This document shows positions 56,363-64,000 of a DNA stretch of 64,000 nt, piece by piece. This stretch comes from Eledone cirrhosa (lineage: Eukaryota), in the NCBI GenBank assembly GCA_964016885.1, contig OZ024744.1:12896001-12960000 (forward strand). The letters are read 5' to 3'. How positions within the stretch are numbered: position 1 is the stretch's first letter; each line of letters opens with the position of its first letter. Below the pieces are notes generated by a model. The model worked only from the letters and a program-made list of their open reading frames with translations, was not told the origin of the DNA and searched no databases. The translations under genes were made by a program, and so were the position numbers.

Positions 56363-59300
56363 CCATACTATGGCCATGTGTTTAGAATGTCTCAGATGAT
56401 TAGAGAGTCACTCCAGTTAAAGCTAATCTCTAAATTGAAAGATCACAACTCCAATACTACAGACATGTGGTTAGAATGTCTCAGTAGATCAGAGAGTCAC
56501 TCCGGTTAAAGCCACTCTCTAAATTGAGAGATCACAACTCCAATACTATGGTCATGTCGTTAGAATGTCTCAGTAGATCAGAGAGTCACTCCAGTTAAAG
56601 CTAATCTCTAAATTGAGAGATCACAACACCATTACTATGGACATGTGGTTAGAATGTCTCAGTAGATTAGAGTGTCACTCCAGTTAAAGCTACTCTCTAA
56701 ATTGATAGATCACAACACCCATACTATGGACATGTGGTTAGAATGTCTCAGTAGATCAGAGAGTCACTCCAGTTAAAGCTACTCTCTAAATTGAGAGATG
56801 ACAACTCCAATACTATGGACATGGGGTTTGAATGTCTCAGTAGACCAGAGTGTCACTCCAGTTAAAGCTACTCTCTAAATTGAGAGATCACAACTCCAAT
56901 ACTATGGACATGGGTTATGAATGTCTCAGTAGATCGGAGTGTCACTCCAGTTAAAGCTACTCTCTAAATTGAGAGATCACAACTCCAATACTATGGACAT
57001 GGGGTTTGAATGTCTCAGTAGACCAGAGAGTCACTCCAGATAAATCTACTCTCTAAATTGAGAGATCCCAACTCCCATACTATGGACATGTGGTTAGAAT
57101 GTCTCAGTAGATCAGAGAGTCACTCCAGTTAAAGCTACTCTCGAAATTGAGAGATCACAACTCCCATACTATGGACATGTGGTTAGAATGTCTCAGTAGA
57201 TCAGAGTGTCACTCCAGTTAAAGCGACTCTCTAAATTGAGAGATCACAACTTCCATACTATGGACATGTGGTTAGAATGTTTCAGTAGATCAGAGAGTCA
57301 CTCCGGTTAAAGCCACTCTCTAAATTGAGAGATCACAACTCCAATACTATAGTCATGTCGTTAGAATGTCTCAGTAGATCATAGAGTCACTCCAGTTAAA
57401 GCCACTCTCTAAATTGAGAGATTACAACTCCAATACTATGGACATGGGGTTTGAATGTCTCAGTAGATCAGAGAGTCACTTCAGTTAAAGCTACTCTCTA
57501 AATTGAGAGATCACAACTCCAATACTATGGACATGGTGTTTGAATGTCTCAGTAGATCAGAGAGTCACTCCAGTTAAAGCTACTCTATAAATTGAGAGAT
57601 CACAACTCCAATACTATGGACATGGGGTATGAATGTCTCAGTAGATCGGAGTGTCACTCCAGTTAAAGCTACTCTCTAAATTGAGAGATCACAACTCCAA
57701 TACTATGGACATGGGGTTTGAATGTCTCAGTAGATCAGAGAGTCACTTCAGTTAAAGCTACTCTCTACATTGAGAGATAACAACTCCAATACTATGGACA
57801 TGGTGTTTGAATGTCTCAGTAGATCAGAGAGTCACTCCAGTTAAAGCTACTCTCTAAATTGAGAGATCACAACTCCCATACTATGGACATGGGGTTTGAA
57901 TGTCTCAGTAGATCAGAGAGTCACTCCAGTTAAAGCTACTCTATAAATTGAGAGATCACAACTCCAATACTATGGACATGGGGTTTGAAAGACTCAGTAG
58001 ATCAGAGTGTCACTCCAGTTAAAGCTACTCTCTAAATTGAGAGATCACAACACCCATACTATGGACATGTGGTTAGAATGTCTCAGTAGATCAGAGAGTC
58101 ACTCCAGTTAAAGCTACTCTCTAAATTGAGAGATGACAACTCCAATACTATGGACATGGGGTTTGAATGTCTCAGTAGACCAGAGTGTCACTCCAGTTAA
58201 AGCTACTCTCTAAATTGAGAGATCACAACTCCAATACTATGGACATGGGTTATGAATGTCTCAGTAGATCGGATTGTCACTCCAGTTAAAGCTACTCTCT
58301 AAATTGAGAGATCACAACTCCAATACTATGGACATGGGGTTTGAATGTCTCAGTAGACCAGAGAGTCACTCCAGATAAATCTACTCTCTAAATTGAGAGA
58401 TCCCAACTCCCATACTATGGACATGTGGTTAGAATGTCTCAGTAGATCAGAGAGTCACTCCAGTTAAAGCTACTCTCTAAATTGAAAGATCACAACTCCC
58501 ATACTATGGCCATGTGTTTAGAATGTCTCAGATGATCAGAGTGTCACTCCAGTTAAAACCACTCTCTAAATTGAGAGATCACAACTCCAATACTATGATC
58601 ATGTGGTTAGAATGTCTCAGTAGATCAGAGAGTCACTCCAGTTAAAGCCACTCTCTAAATTAAGAGATCACAACTCCAATACTATGGACAGGTGGTTAGA
58701 ATGTCTCAGTAGATCAGAGAGTCACTCCAGTTAAAGCCACTCTCTAAATTGAGAGATCACAACTCCCATACTATGGACATGTGGTTAGAATGTCTCAGTA
58801 GATCAGAGTGTCACTCCAGTTAAAGCCACTCTCTAAATTGAGAGACCACAACTTCCATACTATGGACATGTGGTTAGAATATTTCAGTAGATCAGAGAGT
58901 CACTCCGGTTAAAGCCACTCTCTAAATTGAGAGATCACAACTCCAATACTATAGTCATGTCGTTAGAATGTCTCAGTAGATCAGAGAGTCACTCCAGTTA
59001 AAGCCACTCTCTAAATTGAAAGATCACAACTCCAATACTATGGACATGGTGTTTGAATCTCTCAGTAGATCAGAGTGTCACTCCAGTTAAAGCTACTCTC
59101 TAAATTGTGAGATCACAACTCCAATACTATGAACATGGGGTTTGAATGTCTCAGTAGATCAGAGAGTCACTCCAGTTAAAGCTACTCTATAAATTGAGAG
59201 ATCACAACTCCAATACTATGGACATGGGGTTTGAAAGACTCAGTAGATCAGAGTGTCACTCCAGTTAAAGCTACTCTCTAAATTGAGAGATTACAACTCC

Positions 59301-62300
59301 AATACTATGGACATGGGGTTTGAATGTCTCAATAGATCAGAGAGTCACTCCAGTTAAAGCTACTCTCTAAATTGAGAGATGACAACTGCAATACTATGGA
59401 CATGGGGTTTGAATGTCTCACTAGACCAGAGTGTCACTCCAGTTAAAGCTACTCTGTAAATTGAGAGATCACAACTCCAATACTATGGACATGGGGTATG
59501 AATGTCTCAGTAGATCGGAGTGTCACTCCAGTTAAAGCTACTCCCTAAATTGAGAGATCACAACTCCAATACTATGGACATGGGGTTTGAATGTCTCAGT
59601 AGATCAGAGAGTCACTTCAGTTAAAGCTACTCTCTAAATTGAGAGATCACAACTCCAATACTATGGACATGGTGTTTGAATGTCTCAGTAGATCAGAGAG
59701 TCACTCCAGTTAAAGCTACTCTCTAAATTGAGAGATCACAACTCCCATACTATGGACATGGGGTTTGAATGTCTCAGTAGATCAGAGAGTCACTCCAGTT
59801 AAAGCTACTCTCTAAATTGAGAGATCACAACTCCCATACTATGGAAATGTGGTTAGAACGTCTCAGTAGATCAGAGAGTCACTCCAGTTAAAGCCACTCT
59901 CTAAATTGAGAGATCACAACTCCCATACTATGGACATGTGGTTAGAATGTCTCAGTCGATCAGAGAGTCACTCCAGTTAAAACTACTAATTCTCTAAATT
60001 GAGAAATCACAACTCCGATAATATGGACATGTGGTTAGAATGTCTCAGTAGATCAGAGAGTCACTCCAGTTAAAGCAACTCTCTAAATTGAGAGATCACA
60101 ACTCCAATACTACAGACATGTGGTTAGAATGTCTCAGTAGATCAGAGAGTCACTCCAGTTAAAGCTACTCTGTAAATTGAGAGATCACAACTCCAATACT
60201 ACAGACATGTGGTTAGAATGTCTCAGTAGTTCAGAGTGTCACTCCAGTTAAAGCTACTCTGTAAATTGAGAGATCACAACTCCAATATTATGGTCATGTG
60301 GTTAGAATGTCTCAGTAGATCAGAGTGTCATTCCAGTTAAAGCTACTAATTCACTAGATTGAGAGATCACAACTCCCATACTGTGGACATGTGGTTAGAA
60401 TGTCTCAGTAGATCAGAGTGTCACTCCAGTTAAAGCTACTAATTCTCTAAATTGAGAGATCACAACTCCCATACTATGGACATGTGTTTAGAATGTCTCA
60501 GTAGATCAGAGTGTCACTCCAGTTAAAGCTGCTAATTCTCTAAATTGAGAGATCACAATTCCCATACTATGGACATGTGGTTAGAATGTCTCAGTAGATC
60601 AGAGTGTCACTCCAGTTAAAGCTACTCTCTAAATTGAGAGATCACAAATCCAATACTATGGACATTGATTTAGCATGTCTCAATAGATAAGAGAGTCACT
60701 TCAGTTAAAGCCACTCTCTAAATTGAGAGATCACAACACCAATACTATGAACATGTGGTTAGAATCTCTCAGTAGTTCAGAGTGTCACTCCAGTTAAAGC
60801 TACTCTGTAAATTGAGAGATCACAACTCCAATATTATGGTCATGTGGTTAGAATGTCTCAGTAGATCAGAGTGTCATTCCAGTTAAAGCTACTAATTCAC
60901 TAGATTGAGAGATCACAACTCCCATACTGTGGACATGTGGTTAGAATGTCTCAGTAGATCAGAGTGTCACTCCAGTTAAAGCTACTCTCTAAATTGAGAG
61001 ATCACAACTCCAATATTATTGTCATGTGGTTAGAATGTCTCAGTTGATCAGAGTGTCACTCAAGTTAAAGCTACTAATACTCTAAATTGAGAGATCACAA
61101 CTCCCATAATATGGACATGTGGTTAGAATGTCTCAGTAGATCAGAGAGTCACTCCAGTTAAAGCAACTCTCTAAATTGAGAGATCACAACTCCAATACTA
61201 CAGACATGTGGTTAGAAAGTCTCAGTAGATCAGAGAGTCACTCCAGTTAAAGCTACTCTCTAAATTGAGAGATCACAACTCCCATACTATGGACATGTGG
61301 TTAGAATGTCTCAGTAGATCAGTGAGTCACTCCAATTAAAGCACCTCTGTAAATTGAGAGATCACAACTCCGATACTATGGACATGGGGTTAGAATGTCT
61401 CAGTAGATCAGAGAGTATCTCCAGTTAAAGCTACTCTCTAAATTGAGAGATCAGAACTCCAATACTACAGACATGTGGTTAGAATGTCTCAGTAGATCAG
61501 AGAGTCATTTCAGTTAAAGCTACTCTCTAAATTCGGAGATCACAACTCCGATAATATGGACATATGGTTAGAAGGTTTCAGTAGATTAGAGAGTCATTCC
61601 AGTTAAAGCTACTCTCTAAATTGAGAGATCACAACTCCCATACTATGGACATGTGGTTAGAATGACTCAGTAGATCAGAGAGTCACTCCAATTAAAGCTA
61701 CCAATTCTCTAAATTGAGAGATCACGACTCCCATACTATGGACATGTGGTTAGAATGTCTCAGTAGATCAGAGAGTCACTCCAGTTAAAGCAACTCTCTA
61801 AATTGAGAGATTACAACTCCAATACTACAGACATGTGGTTAGAATGTCTCAGTAGATCAGAGAGTCACTCCAGTTAAAGCCACTCTCTGAATTGAAAGAT
61901 CACAACTCCAATATTATGGACATGGTGTTTGAATCTCTCAGTAGATCAGAGTGTCACTCCAGTTAAAGCTACTCTCTAAATTGAGAGATCACAACTCCAA
62001 TACTATGAACATGGGGTTTGAATGTCTCAGTAGATCAGAGAGTCACTCCAGTTAAAGCTACTCTATAAATTGAGAGATCACAACTCCAATAATATGGACA
62101 TGGGGTTTGAAAGACTCAGTAGATCAGAGTGTCACTCCAGTTAAAGCTACTCTCTAAATTGAGAGATCACAACACCATTACTATGGACATGTGGTTAGAA
62201 TATTCTCAGTAGATTAGAGTGTCACTCCAGTTAAAGCTACTCTCTAAATTGCTAGATCACAACACCCATACTATGGACATGTGGTTAAAATGTCACAGTA

Positions 62301-64000
62301 GATCAGAGAGTCACTCCAGTTAAAGCTACTCTCTAAATTGAGAGATGACAACTCCAATAATATGGACATGGGGTTTGAATGTCTCAGTAGACCAGAGTGT
62401 CACTCCAGTTAAAGCTACTCTCTAAATTGAGAGATCACAATTCCAATACTATGGACATGGGGTATGAATGTCTCAGTAGATCGGAGTGTCACTCCAGTTA
62501 AAGCTACTCTCTAAATTGAGAGATCACAACTCCAATACTATGGACATGGGGTTTGAATGTCTCAGTAGACCAGAGAGTCACTCCAGTTAAAGCCACTAAT
62601 TCTCTAAATTGAGAGATCCCAACTCCCATACTATGGACATGTGGTTAGAATGTCTCAGTAGATCAGAGAGTCACTCCAGTTAAAGCTACTCTCTAAATTG
62701 AGAGATCACAACTCCCATACTATGGCCATGTGTTTAGAATGTCTCAGATGATCAGAGTGTCACTCCAGTTAAAACCACTCTCTAAATTGAGAGATCACAA
62801 CTCCAATACTATGGTCATGTGGTTAGAATGTCTCAGTAGATCAGAGAGTCACTCCAGTTAAAGCCACTCTCTAAATTAAGAGATCACAACTCAAATATTA
62901 TGGACATGTGGTTAGAATATCTCAGTAGATCAGAGAGTCACTCCAGTTAAAGCCACTCTCTAAATTGAGAGATCACAACTCCCATACTATGGACATGTGG
63001 TTAGAATGTCTCAGTAGATCAGAGTGTCACTCCAGTTAAAGCTACTCTCTAAATTGAGAGATCACAACTCCCATACTATGGCCATGTGTTTAGAATGTCT
63101 CAGATGATCAGAGTGTCACTCCAGTTAAAACCACTCTCTAAATTGAGAGATCACAACTCCAATACTATGGTCATGTGGTTAGAATGTCTCAGTAGATCAG
63201 AGAGTCACTCCAGTTAAAGCCAATCTCTAAATTGAAAGATCACAACTCCAATACTATGGACATGGTGTTTGAATCTCTCAGTAGATCAGAGTGTCACTCC
63301 AGTTAAAGCCACTCTCTAAATTGCGAGATCACAACTTCCATACTATGGACATGTGGTTAGAAAGTTTCAGTAGATCAGAGAGTCACTCCGGTTAAAGCCA
63401 CTCTCGAAATTGCGAGATCACAACTCCAATACTATGGTCATGTCGTTAGAATGTCTCAGTAGATCAGAGAGTCACTCCAGTTAAAGCCACTCTCTAAATT
63501 GAAAGATCACAACTCCAATACTATAGCCATGGTGTTTGAATCTCTCAGTAGATCAGAGTGTCACTCCAGTTAAAGCTACTCTCTAAATTGAGAGATCACA
63601 ACACCAATACTATGAACATGAGGTTTGAATGTCTCAGTAGATCAGAGAGTCACTCCAGTTAAAGCTACTCTATAAATTGAGAGATCACAACTCCAATACT
63701 ATGGACATGGGGTTTGAAAGACTCAGTAGATCAGAGTGTCACTCCAGTTAAAGCTACTCTCTAAATTGAGAGATTACAACTCCAATACTATGGACATGGG
63801 GTTTGAATGTCTCAATAGATCAGAGAGTCACTCCAGTTAAAGCTACTCTCCAAATTGAGAGATCACAACTCCCATACTATGGACATGTGGTTAGAATGTC
63901 TCAGTAGATCAGAGAGTCACTCCAGTTAAAGCTACTCTCTAAATTGAGAGATGACAACTCCAATACTATGGACATGGAGTTTGAACGTCTCAGTAGACCA
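56071..64000. repeat. Variant domain D (nearly pure 89-bp monomers), interrupted by a domain-C-type block at about 59.8-61.7 kb
   Basis: Alleles GGGGTTTGAA, GGTGTTTGAA, GTAGACCAG, GATCGGAG, CAGATGAT and TCCGGTT. TCTCTAAATT at 56071 and 59991 are 3920 bp apart = 44x89+4. Confidence 0.8.

Larger units (their letters stand above)
1..64000. repeat. Satellite DNA tandem array, 89/93-bp monomer, about 700-710 head-to-tail copies, running off both window ends
   Basis: Period measured directly: ACTCCAGTTA at 601 and 690 (89 bp); GAGATCACAA at 181 and 274 (93 bp). The same motif order recurs in every line to 64000. I saw no foreign sequence and no strand switch. Confidence 0.99.

Noticed and set aside
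1-64000. CRISPR array
   Set aside because: The entire unit is repeated. There are no unique spacers, leader or cas genes, and variation consists of shared point alleles.
1-64000. Minus-strand coding sequence
   Set aside because: All three reverse frames of the consensus contain stop codons within each monomer.
1-64000. GATC clustering as a Dam/SeqA origin or iteron array
   Set aside because: The density follows simply from two sites per monomer. There are no genes, DnaA boxes or AT-rich unwinding element, and the scale does not fit a prokaryotic origin.
1-64000. Rolling-circle or sequencing concatemer artefact
   Set aside because: Variants are inherited in ordered multi-monomer blocks at many different offsets and form regional domains, which random error on one template would not produce. 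Individual duplications could still be mis-assembled.
1-64000. Embedded transposon, inversion or tRNA/5S gene array
   Set aside because: I saw no non-satellite sequence, strand switch, terminal repeats or target-site duplications, and no cloverleaf or Pol III box A/B/C motifs in the unit.

Overview
The whole 64 kb window is one uninterrupted head-to-tail satellite DNA array of roughly 700-710 monomers, all in the same orientation. The monomer is 89 bp, with a 93-bp form that carries an extra TAAT. Consensus read by eye: CTCTCTAAATTGAGAGATCACAACTCCCATACTATGGACATGTGGTTAGAATGTCTCAGTAGATCAGAG(A/T)GTCACTCCAGTTAAAGC(T/C)A. It is about 40% GC, has no CpG, and has two GATC sites. I found no supportable CDS, RNA gene, transposon or CRISPR array, and I do not recognise the family or host. 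A eukaryotic (peri)centromeric or subtelomeric satellite is the likeliest reading, but that is inference. The information lies in the variants. (1) There are four sequential variant domains, the last almost purely 89-bp. (2) Recent block duplications of 11, 14, 22, 31 and 34 monomers and longer-range copies are nested, with no fixed higher-order period. (3) The monomer is almost fully tiled by short dyad symmetries, and many recurrent variants perfect or compensate those dyads. (4) Monomer length is very strictly conserved. (5) There is one 40-bp templated insertion at 3051-3090. All coordinates and offsets were counted by hand from diagnostic variants, so block ends are approximate.
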